Positions 24,898 through 36,912 of a DNA stretch of 64,000 bases are shown here, piece by piece. This DNA comes from Chrysomallon squamiferum (Eukaryota > Animalia > Mollusca): assembly GCA_012295275.1 (NCBI GenBank), contig CM022672.1, positions 14,074,001 to 14,138,000 of the forward strand, written 5' to 3'. Numbering within the stretch: position 1 is the first letter of the stretch; the number at the start of each line of letters is the position of its first letter. A program made the translations under genes and the position numbers. The notes below the pieces were generated by a model. It did no database searches. It saw only the letters and a program-made list of their open reading frames with translations, and had not been told where the DNA came from.

Positions 24898-27800
24898 AAT
24901 AATAATAATAATAACAATAAATACTTTCATGCAACACTGGTTAGGTAATTTTCAATGTTCTGTTAACTTATGGCAATGATATATAAAAAAAAATTATAAA
25001 CTGATAAAACAATTCAAAAACAAACTGCTGCAAAAAAGCTATGAGGTTCTAGTGTTTGGTTCGTCATAAGAACAGTATATTAAAATTAACTGACAAAAAG
25101 AAGAAGAAAAAAGAAGCACCCACAAAAACTGATAATGTGAAGATATTTGAATTTCTACAGCTCTTAGAGGTCAAAAACTAAATAAATTATAAATTATGCA
25201 TATCTTTGAAATTTTTGGTATACTTGTAAAATAAATTAAAATCCATTAATAGCTCTATGACAAAAAAGTATTCTGTAATCAAAAATGCTTCATTGGCCCA
25301 TAACCTATCAGGATTATTATTACAAATATGCCTAATGACTGTAATAATTATTATCAAAAGTATGCCATATGATCTATCAGTATTATTATTACAACAAGTA
25401 TACCCTATGACTTCAATAATTATCATCAAAAGTATGCCCTATGATCTATCAGTATTATTACAAGTATGGCATATGACTATAATAATTATTATTACAAGTA
25501 TACCCCATGATTTAAAATAATTATTATTACAAGAATGCCCATGATCTTTCAGTATTATCATTATAAGTATGCTCCACATCTATCAGTATTATATTATTAC
25601 AAGTATGCCCTATAATCTATCAGTATTATTATTACAAGTATGCCCTGTGATCTATCAATATTATTATTACAAGTATGCCCATAATCTATCAGTATTATTA
25701 TTACTAGTATGCCCATAATCTATCAGTATTATTATTACAAGTATGCCCTGTGATCTATCAATATTATTATTACAAGTATGCCCATAATCTATCAGTATTA
25801 TTATTACTAGTATGCCCATAATCTATCAGTATTATTATTACTAGTATGCCCCACAGTGTATAAAGTTAATTAATAAAGAAATCTTACTTGGTAAAGTAAC
25901 CAGGTAGGCAGTCATTACACTTAGTTCGTCCTTTTGTTTCTTGGAAAGTACCTGGTTTACAGACAGAGCATGTTGTAGAGTTCTCTTTATCAGTGGCTGA
26001 ACCTGTTATTGAAAAACTGATCATTAAGAAAGACCCTACCTGTATTTGAAGATATGAAAATTAGTGTATGATGTACACATGCACAGATATACAGGCTCAC
26101 ACACACAATTATTATTATTATAATTCCAAACCAGAAAACAAAAGATAATGATCACAATGTACCTGTACATATTCTATAAATAAATAAATAAATAATAATG
26201 AATTATTTAATAATTTGAAACATTGTATGAAGATTCACAGGCAATGTGGATATTAATAGTATGTTATTACTGATCTGTAATAAAAATATCAATATATATA
26301 AATGTGTGTACACGTACACACCCACCCACCATACAAACATAATATATTATTACCTGGTAAACAAGGTTCACACAGTTCAGTACTAGTGTTGTTCTTAAAA
26401 TACCCAGGTTGGCAACCAGTGCAATTGGTGGAACCCATTTTTCTGCAATTTATAACAAGAAAAATCCAATTATTATGTACACAAATATTTTTTGAAACAA
26501 CTGAAGAAACATATATAAAAAAAAAAAAATAATAATTTTATTAAGTGATTAGAAATTAATACACACCTTACTTATTTTAACCGATATACTAGTTACCAGT
26601 TTACAAAGTAATATTCAAATTAGAAAAAATACACTCCTTAATTAATGATGTATCCAATAATTTTGTCTTATTTTTCAAGTTTAAAAAAGGAAAGTTTGTT
26701 CAAGTTGGAATATCAAAAGATTGTTAATAATTTTATTACATCAATAGAGTTATGGGAGATAACTATGAACATTTATCTTACTTTGCTTCAAAACCTTCTT
26801 CACATGGGAGACAACCATGTTCTCCTGGACTTGGCTGATAGGATCCTGAGGGTAAAAATTATTTTATTATTTTTATGTGTATATTTATATATGTATGAAT
26901 ATACATTTATGTATGTGTGTGTCTCTGTGTTTGTTTGTGTGTATGTGAGTATGAATATACTGACTGATATTTTGTAACAGTATTATTTTATTGTATGATT
27001 AAAGTTGTTATTAATGATTAAAGTTGGCCCAAAACATTAATGATAACCGTAACCTTGAAGCATGTAGAAATATTTACCATTCATTCATAGAGTCAGAGAT
27101 TAAATAAACAACACAGTTTACAATTAAATTTGTTTAATGTCATCAACACCAAACATTACCTCCTGCAAGTGATCAGTGCAATACAGAACAATATTACAGG
27201 TACCTTTTTCACAAACTGTACAGTTGATAGTGCTGGTTTCATTACTGAAAGTGCCTGGTGGACAAAGTGAACAAGAACTGCAACCAGTAACACTGAAATT
27301 AGAAAAATACGGTTATATATATATATTTCCTTGTATTTCCAAAATACTATGATACACACACAGACATACAAAACACACACACACACACACACACAATTTA
27401 TTATTATTTTATATTTTACACTAAGTAACAGAAAACACAACAACACTATACCTATGCATCAGCTATATGATATGAAAATAATAACTGTCCAACACAACTA
27501 TTAAATACAAAATAATCATATTTTATAGTAAAAATACAACTTTAAAAAATTAAAAAGTTTATTAAATGTACATATTAAGGATGATAACATACTTGCAGTA
27601 TGTTCCAGTTCTACAGATTTCACATTTTGTCTGTCCAGTTTGATTCTGATAAAAACCTTTCTCACAAGGAAAACAACTCACTGAACCACTTGTATCAGTA
27701 AAGGTACCTGTAAGAAATAAAAACAAAAATAATATTAATAATAGAAAAGAAATAAACAAAAATAATAATATAATAAATGTAGTAATAGCCGTACTAGTAG

Positions 27801-28906
27801 TAAAATAATATAATATTAATAACAATAATGGCAGCAACCAGAGTAATATAATAACATTACTCAATCAAAATTAATAATAGTAAAATAAGAAGAAAAGTAA
27901 AAAATTTAAGTAACAATAATGATAATAATGATAATAGATAATATTAATACAATAATATTAACTCTGACACAATAACAATAACAATAAACAATAATGATAA
28001 TGATAATAACAACAAGACCATAATAACTTTGTATAGTATAATTAATAACAGTAATAATCTAACTAAACCGTTTTTTTAGGGCATGTTTATATTTATATGT
28101 TAATTTTGCAGTGAAAAATAAAGGAAGGAAAATAAAAAAGGAAAAATAAAATAAAAGAAGTTTAAAATACAAATAAATATGAATAAATAAAGTAGTTGTT
28201 ATTTTGTAGGGATATGTGTGGGGTGAAGCAACAGACATATAATTACATTCGATTTACTTTTAACATAATTACAATCTTTATTCAATGCACCACACCGGTA
28301 CCCCAAACAAACAACCTTGGATATATCAGAATTCCAGATAAGGTAAAAGATCCCTTATCTGAAATTCTGACATCCAATAATCTACTTATACAAAACTTTA
28401 TTTAATGCACAAAATTATCAAATATTTTATATAAAAAAAAAAAAAAAAAAACCTGTCAGGAAAAATATAAAAAACAAACTTAAATAAATAAAAATAATAA
28501 AAATATTTGTATTTGAGCTATATATGAATTATGAACGGATTATTATTTTAAGGCTTTTAAGCCCAGTTTTACACGGGTCACATGATGACTGTCCACTCTT
28601 GCTCTGAAACTGACCTCTATGGCAAGCTGTACAGTATGTTTCATTCAAACAGAAGCCAGGTTTCTGGGAACAGCATCCACAATTTTCAGTTGCTATAAAT
28701 AATAATAACAATAACAATGACAACAAAATATAATAATTAAAAATGCACGCACACACATATACAAATATACACAGATGAACAGACATATTTATACATTCAT
28801 ACACACCTCCTATACTACATTTGATAACCAGATATAAAATTATTACAATCACACACAAACATATAAAATATTATTGTTATTATTAAAAGTTAATCTATTA
28901 CAATGA

Positions 28907-28944
<38 letters not shown>

Positions 28945-29643
28945 TAATAACAAATAACAAATAAATAATAAAAAATAAAGAAATTATTTTTGTTTTTACT
29001 TTCGTTGGAAAAACTTCCTGCTTCACACTGTGAACAGATGTTAGAAGGAAAGCCAGTGCAGTTCAAATCTGTTCCAGACTGTGTATCATGTGTCCATGAT
29101 TCAGTGCAGACATACATCCAGAATAAAACTACAGAATAATAACAACAACAACAACAACGATAATAATAATAATAATAATAATAATACAGAACTTAAATAT
29201 ATTAATTGGTAGCATAATTTTATATTCATGGGTTTTTTCAATTTACAAGAAGTAAATAATAAGATTAATAAGCTGCATATTTTCTCTTTAATAATTGTAA
29301 CAATTTATTTAAAAAAACATTTTTAAAGTGCAAAATCAGTAAAGACGATGCCCATAAATTAGCTACAAAATATAAATAAAAAATAAAAAATAAAATAAGA
29401 TTATGATTTATATTTGTGCAGCACTGACTATCTTCTGAAAGTTTAGTAGAAATATCGTTATAAACGTGACAATATTAACTTCACATATGCAAGATCAAAT
29501 CACTTACATACTATTATTCATTCAACTATTATGATTATGGCATAATTACTATCAGTATGATTATCACGTTCGAATTTTTATTTTGTTGCTTATATATCGG
29601 TATTCTTACCAATAGAAAATACGTGAAACAATATCATTCTCAT
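22486..29643 (-). CDS. Type I membrane protein with tandem Cys-rich CxxCxxG(Y/F/T) repeats (GCC2_GCC3 / Ephrin_rec_like / TNFR-like), one TM helix and a short tail; 12 exons, about 415-418 aa
   Basis: Exons: 29610-29643, 29000-29128, 28573 (or 28564)-28692, 27593-27707, 27204-27292, 26782-26845, 26354-26442, 25888-26002, 24638-24726, 24108-24220, 22998-23160, 22486-22613; phases are compatible. Signal peptide MRMILFHVFSIVLFWMYVCTES. Repeats include CFPCEKGFYQNQTGQTKCEICRTGTYC and CSVCKPGTFQETKGRTKCNDCLPGYF. TM segment FIAIIAGVTIAGIIVCVIVGI, then RKKKK and a tail ending PEYSGL*. Confidence 0.88.
23545..24100. repeat. Degenerate intronic tandem repeat
   Basis: Recurring ATCAGATTACAATAATAC...ATCATCATTATAATTAT..TTTATTT..TTACAAATA units. 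Confidence 0.6.
24777..24920. repeat. Compound (AAT)/(AACAGC)/(AAC)n microsatellite
   Basis: Directly visible. Confidence 0.95.
25290..25852. repeat. Minisatellite with a unit of about 36-38 bp, in an intron of the Cys-rich gene
   Basis: Roughly 15 units of the type ATCTATCAGTATTATTATTACAAGTATGCCC(ATA/TGTG), near-perfect toward 25620-25850. Confidence 0.9.
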
Positions 29644-30640
29644 CTCTGAAGTTTCCTTTCAGTCATTATTTCGAACAATGTCAAGAAATGTAATAAGTAG
29701 TTTAACACAAAAAAACAAATCCCATAAAATTGTGTACACAACTAACTTGTCATGTGAGTAAATGAGGGGACGTAACTCTCAATTCCTGTTGAAGAGCGGT
29801 AAAAACAACATAAAACGTAATAACGAGAACTCGGATCATGTCAGAGAAATAGTAGGCTTTATTATCACTGATGAAAGCAAATATTTGTTTTCTTCATATT
29901 ATTTTAATGATTATTTGATAGGATTTTTGGTTGCTACAACTTAAGATTATGCATGATACATATATAAGAACATCACATCCAAGCAAACTTCATTTCTGAA
30001 TAGATATACCGTTATACGATTTGGTAGTTATATTTGTATTCCACTCTGTGATTCAAAGAAAAGTTGCAGAATATTCGGTTAATCATTTCGACAAATAGCC
30101 AGCATATTCCAGTTTAAATCGTCTAAATTTCCAATTCTCAGGCACTGAAAGAACCTGGTTAAATTTGAAAATTCTTATTTAAAAAAAAATAAATGAGAGG
30201 AGTGAACCAAAGAACCTTCCAATCACACCTTGATTATTTCTTTTGACTACATGAGGAAGAATGCTGAAGATTTTTTTCTTGCGTTTCTAGCAGATGTTCG
30301 CTCAGTTCCTCGATAAAATTATTCAAATTTGTATACTTTTTAGCCCTTGTTCCTACAAATTATAAATATATAATAATTTGATTTTTTCGTTTATGCCGTG
30401 AAAAAATAATAATAAAAAACAAGAATAAACAAAATAATAATTAAAGTAAGCGCGTAGATCACACACCAAAGTATCATTTGCTCGGTGTAGATCACACGCC
30501 ATAGTTGCACCAATTAATGTTTCGGGATGATCCGCAAAACGTAGTTTTGTTTTGTTTCTTCAAATCAAGATAATTTTAAAATAAACATACGGTAACTAGT
30601 GTTCTACAACTTACTTTCCCTAAACTCTGTTTGTCTAAAA

Positions 30641-31787
30641 TCATTCATGAAAAAGTGGCATCCTCTGTTGAAAGTTAAACATTACAGATATAAACATCAG
30701 TATATAAGAAACAACATGACTAAATAATGTAACACATTTTTTTCATATATAAAGCGACTAGCATTAAATAACCAAGACGATTAAGCGATTATAATAATCT
30801 GATTAATAACAAAGCAAATATTTCGTACAAACCTCAGTGTCATATTAATAAACATCTTTTTCCCTCTTTCACCTAAATTAGTATCATCAAGTACATTTAT
30901 ACATAACTGTCAATGGTATCTGAACCGCCCTTTTGTAAAATACTATTTTAGTTTATTAATATGTGTAAAATTAAGTCAGGGTGAGCTTTTGCAACACGAC
31001 GGTTCAGTTTAGCAATATCATCCTTTAAGGTTACCGGTTTAAATCCGTGGTTCTAAGCTGTTTCCACATTACTGCCTTAAAGAAGAAATCATTCTGGATC
31101 CTCTTTGTTGTCACATAGTCTGTTAGTTTGGTTACATGGGACACGTACGTGATCAGGACGCCCATCCATGTTGTCAATCCACCCATCTGGAACTATAAAA
31201 CTGAGGGGACAAAACAGGATCCCGGTCTTATCTCAGATAAAGTTAATTAAACAAATATGTGTAGTTCCACAAACTAGGTGTTCCCACCAACGTGATGTAA
31301 TTTCTCACCTATAATATTTTGATTTGATCTAAACGAGAGGTTGTTGACCACTTACCTCATTTGAATGTTAAAGAATAGAAGTAATTACTCTTTTATTTAA
31401 ATCATTATATACGTCTACAAGTATCTTGATGAACATTCCAACAAACATTCGGAATTCAGAAGTTATTATTCATTTATTCCTGTTTCATCATCATCATTGC
31501 TCTTGTTGTAGATTCTTTTTTATTATTATTTTTTTTTTATTTTATTCGTTCCGTTCCGCGCAGCAGTTTAGGTTTTGCTATAGAAATAATACTACTTATT
31601 TAAATATTAACAGTATTAAGTATAGGTCATTTATGTCTGGCCCGTACAGGTAGGCTCCATCTGTTTCTTTTGCTTCGTTGGCAGAGGTGTTTTTTTTCCA
31701 TAATGACGTTTCCTCTTAAGAGCCAAGATCCAAACGTTCTTCCGTTGATAAAAGCATCTCTGTTGTTTTCCTTTCTATTTATTTATT

Positions 31788-31847
<60 letters not shown>

Positions 31848-32978
31848 TTAAAAGCTCTCGCTCTCTCTATCTTTTCATCCACACATTGAACTATTTTTTT
31901 GGTTCCCAATAGTACCTTCTTCAGTTTTTCAAAATTTCTTAATGAAATCCAAATTTTATTAATATATATAGTATCTATAATAATAATAAATGTTAATAAA
32001 AGTGATATTTTTATAGCGCAGTTTCCATTATTGATGTTTAAAAGCTGAACTGAGACGATAACAATCTAAAATCTAAACCACAGAATAATAACACTAAAAT
32101 GAATAATTTAGACTGCTTGTAAGTACTTTCTGAAGAGTGAGTTTAGAATCGTGAATTAAATCTGCTGTCGGTTTCCAATTCTTTGACTGCTGATGGTAAA
32201 GTGTTCCAGATGATCCATCGATCAAGATTATTAAAAGGACTAAACGGATAAATAATATACTATTATTTGTTAAATGTAACTGCATTAAAAACAACATTTC
32301 TACTGTTACAATTTTATATATGTATTTATTCAGATTAGTGGTATTTCGGCATTCTTTTTTAATCATAAACCCGTTTATTGACTGAAATAAAAAAACGAGG
32401 CCAATATTATAAACATATATGTACTATTTTAAATATAAATTATGGTACTCTGTGTATGTCTTATGTATATATGTATATTTCATGTTTATCTAAGTATGTT
32501 TGTGTATGTAAACATCTGTCTAACCGTATATATATGAAAAAAGACTTACAGCTATTCAAAAAATGCGCTACTTCAGCGACAGACACCACACCATCTTCTG
32601 CAAGATAAAAGAACCAATTTATTTATTTATTGTTTTTATTTGCGTGCGTGTATTTTTACAAACTGTATTGTGAAGACTTGTAGCTGGCGATATGATTTTA
32701 ACTACAGCCGCATACAGAGGCCTGCAGAATGTTAATACGAGTCAAAAAGGAGAATTTACGACGTATTTAAATCTGTAAAATCAGATAATTACTTACTGTT
32801 ACTATCAAGGAAAATCAGCCGACGAATCCTTTCATCTTCAGAGATAAAGGCATTGTGGTCCCTGTCTAACATTTTGAAATAAACGTTTGAGTCGTATCCA
32901 AGGCATATGTCTAACTCTGCTTTTACTATCTTGTTGTCACCTACAATTTCGAATACATACAATAATATGCCTAAATAC

Positions 32979-33031
<53 letters not shown>

Positions 33032-33740
33032 CAGTCCACGGCCTTTCATAGAATAGTGACGTTAAATTAGGAGAAAGTAGATCATGTTACATTTTCGAAC
33101 CGGTCAGAACAAAAGTATGGAGACAGATATCTCGCAGAGCTTACCAGAAAAATCACAAATCTGTAGAAGTTCCCTACTTTCTTGACCGCTTAACATATAA
33201 TCACCATCGAGGTCGTAAAACTTAGCAGTTCTATGTGCATCAAAGATGCTGAATCCATATTTTGCAGTCGCCCTGAAACAAGGAAATTCGCAACATCAGC
33301 GTAAATGATACAAAACGACGTCAGCATAATTGATGCAATACGTCTGCACGAGACTGCACCACCAGAGACAATATACCGTCATCACACAACTTTATCTGAA
33401 GGAAAATAAGGTGAGACCGGCGGAATACTTTTGTCACTGTTAGTGCTAGACTTTAGTGAAAGTACAGTTTCCTTGATTAAGAATTATTTTGACCAATAAA
33501 AAATAAATATCTTCCACAACAAAATGGGTTAACTGAAAAGTAACACATATCTGCTACGTCAGAAAGTTTTAGTTTTGTTTATTAATGGTTTAAATACGAA
33601 GAATCTAAAGAGTCATTTGTATGGCAAAAGTGACTGATTATTTTAATGTTTTTCCTTTAATAATTTACAAAACAATTAATGAAAAAGAAAACTTACGTGG
33701 CAATAACCACTGACAGTGTGAACAACAATGGCATCTTCAT
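30641..33740 (-). CDS. Secreted four-EF-loop protein, array copy A (normal last-exon acceptor mutated)
   Basis: Coding exons 33697-33740, 33145-33272, 32797-32940 and 32550-32597 give MKMPLLFTLSVVIATATAKYGFSIFDAHRTAKFYDLDGDYMLSGQESRELLQICDFSGDNKIVKAELDICLGYDSNVYFKMLDRDHNAFISEDERIRRLIFLDSNKDGVVSVAEVAHFLNS. The last-exon homologue 30641-30681 (LFNFQQRMPLFHE*) has AA in place of the acceptor AG. Non-coding exon 1 ends at 34234. Confidence 0.8.
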
Positions 33741-34233
33741 TGTTTATCTGAAGCAACAACAAAAATAATAGTGATAATAATAATAACTCAAAACAATAAT
33801 AACAATAATAGCACCACCACCGCCAAAAGAACAAGAACAATAATAATATTAATAATAATAATAAAAATATAAGTAAATATATGAAGTCCTTATCCTTTGT
33901 TTTTATATCTCGGAGTATAAATTAAATACAAAGTTGTCTAGCAATTATCATCAAGTACTGTATACTTTCAATTGTGTCCAAGTTATTTAGAGGTGTTTAT
34001 TTATTTTCTAATGGTGCTTATAGCATAACGGAGGACAAATACAACGGAAAGCCCATTTCAAAGTATATAAAAGTAGAGACTATTTTACTAAAAATAATCC
34101 ATTGTTTACATTTATATTTTAACATCATGGTACTAAGAATATATAATCTTAAAAGGAACATTTTGTTAAGCTGAACTCTTACTTCGAATATAACTTTTGT
34201 TTCTACTGATAGAAATGTAGAAAAAATACTTAC

Positions 34234-34350
34234 CTGTATAACTGTTACCTGTACAATAGGTTGGTCAATAACAAATGGCGAAGTACTGCTTCGAAAGTCC
34301 TTATATGCATTGTCTATTGCATAATCATGAAGATCAGTCATTCAGTATTC
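34234..34350 (-). promoter_or_regulatory. TATA-like promoter and non-coding exon 1 of EF-hand copy A (equivalents near 39115, 43030, 48641 and 57437)
   Basis: Minus-strand GCATATAAG lies about 25-30 nt upstream of a conserved TCGCCATTT initiator-like motif and a short exon ending TATACAG|GT. An upstream GAATA(C/T)TGA(G/A)TGACT box recurs in copies A-E. Confidence 0.6.
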
Positions 34351-35045
34351 ATAATTCTATTTAAATATTTCATTTCATTTGATGCGATATATATCTCTCT
34401 GTTTTATACATTATGTATTTTTTTCCCCGCATACATGATTAATTACTACATTTTGTAATAATAGAATAGTTGTGTCATAGAATACCATACTGATCATATT
34501 TTTCTTTTTTGTACAAAGATTTTATTTTAAAAATATAAAATGTAAATCTCTCTTCCGATATAAACGATATCCACTGAATGTCATTTGAAGTCTACCGACA
34601 TCGTTTTGCGATGAAAGAAAAAACTGACTTGAAAGACATGGGACATCAAACAGGTTTATGGGACGTCAGATCATTTAAGGCATACAGCATCCTTTTCACG
34701 CGTTTTTTAAGTATTGTTGCCTCATTTCAAAAAGAATCCAGTTACGGCCATGCAAACGACACTATTATAGTTATTAACATAAACCATTATCATCATCATC
34801 ATCATTATTATTATTTAATTTGTTTACTCTTCTTATTATTATTATAATTATTTTACCATTATTAATTTTGATTCAGTAATGTCACTGTAATGATTATATT
34901 ATTGGTGTTAATATTTATTATTATTATTATTATTAATGTTACTACTAATAGGTTCAGCTTCCGTTGAGGACAAAAAGAAAGAAAAAAAAAAAGAAAATTA
35001 AAGAAAATTAGTTCACTTATTTGAATATTATGTAAACAGGTTTAA

Positions 35046-35087
<42 letters not shown>

Positions 35088-35149
35088 GGGACAAGCCGCC
35101 TGCTGTCTGCGAATTAAGGTATGTGTTGCTGGTGACAACAGTGTCAGGG

Positions 35150-35951
35150 AACAAATGTTGAATGCTACAGATAAGAAACAACACGACTAAGTAATACGAC
35201 ACATTATTTTTCATATACAAAAGCGATTACCATTAAATAACCCAAAACGATTACTCGATTATAATAACCAAACAAGTAATAATGCAAATATTTCGTACAA
35301 ATTCCGTTGTTGTTGTTTTTGTTATATTTTATATATTTTGTTTCATTTTTTTTATTTAATTTTAATTTTTCATTTTTTATTTTTGTTTTTGTTTTGTATT
35401 AGTATCATCATATACATGTACATTGTAAAATATTATTTTAAGTTATTAATACGTGTAAAATTAAGTTAGGGTGAGATTTTGTCACACAGCGGTTCAGATT
35501 AGGAATATTATTTTTTAATGTCACTGGTTTAAATCCGTGGTTCTAAGCTGTTTCCACATTACTGCCTTAAAGAAGAAATCATTCTGGATCCTCTTTGTTG
35601 TCACATAGTCTGTTAGTTTGGTCACATGGGACACGTACGTGATCAGGACGCCCATCCATGTTGTCACTCCATCCATCTGGAACTATAAAACTGAGGGGAC
35701 AAAACAGGATCCCGGTCTTATCTCAGATAAAGTTAAACAAATATGGTTGAGTTCCACAAACTAGGTGTTCCCACCAACGTGATGTAATTTCTCACCTATA
35801 ATATTTTGATTTGATCTAAACGAGATGTTTTTGACCACTTACCTGATTTGAATCTTAGGGAGTTGAAGCAACTATCGTTCAGAATTCAGAAGTTATTATT
35901 CATTTATGTTTTGTTGTTGTTGTTGTTGTTGTTGTTCTTCTTCTTCTTCTT

Positions 35952-35982
<31 letters not shown>

Positions 35983-36853
35983 TTATTATTATTATTATTA
36001 TTATATTTTAAAAGCTCTCTTTCTCTATCCTTTCGTCCAAACATTAAACATTTCCTATTGTTTGTTTTTTCTCCCAATAGTACCGTCTTCAGTTTTTAAA
36101 ATTTCTTAATGAAATCAAAATTTTATTACTCTAAATATAAAACGCAATATCATATTATCTATACTAATCATAAATATAATAAAACTAATATTTCGATACC
36201 GCACTTTCCATTATTCATGTTTAATTCCAATTAACAATATTTCTGAATTAATACAATAACAATCTAAAATCTAGAAGACAGAATAATAAAACTAAATGAA
36301 TAATTTTGACTGCTTGTATGTATTTTTTAAAAAGTGAGTTTTGAGTCTTGAATTAAATCTGCTGGCAGTTTTCAGTTCTTTAACTGCTGATCGTAAAGTG
36401 TTTATGATTATCTATCGATCCAGATTATTAAAAGGAAAAGCAACGAATAAATAATATACTGTTATCTGTTAAGTGTAACTGCATTAACAACAACATTTCT
36501 ACTGTTAAATTTGTTTATTCAGATTAGTCGTATTAGTCAGATTCTTTCTTTACCTCCGACGCCGATTTTACACTGAAATGAAAAACGTGGCCAACATTAT
36601 AAACGTATGTGTACTATTTTAAATATAAATTGTGCTACTCGGTGTTTGTGTGTATGTGTTGTATATGACTGCGTATGTCTCTATGTATAATTCGTGTTTA
36701 TCTCAGTATGTGTGTATGTATGCATACATCTAACAGTATACATGAAACAAAGACTTACATCTATACAAAAAATACGCTATTTCAGAGACACTAGTCAAAT
36801 CATCTTCTGCAAAATAAAAGAAACTATTTGTTTATTTATTTATTTATTATTTC

Positions 36854-36912
<59 letters not shown>

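Noticed and set aside
25290-25852. Regularly spaced 36-38 bp units that resemble a CRISPR array
   Set aside because: The units are contiguous with no unique spacers, lie in a eukaryotic intron and have no cas genes nearby; this is a minisatellite.
32094-32366. 90-aa ORF as a possible last exon of EF-hand copy A
   Set aside because: The acceptor and frame are not conserved in B, D or E, and another frame carries a LINE ORF2-tail signature.
34018-34341. 107-aa ORF over the promoter of EF-hand copy A
   Set aside because: It runs through the TATA-like box, the non-coding exon 1 and its donor, and it is not listed as an ORF in the other copies.
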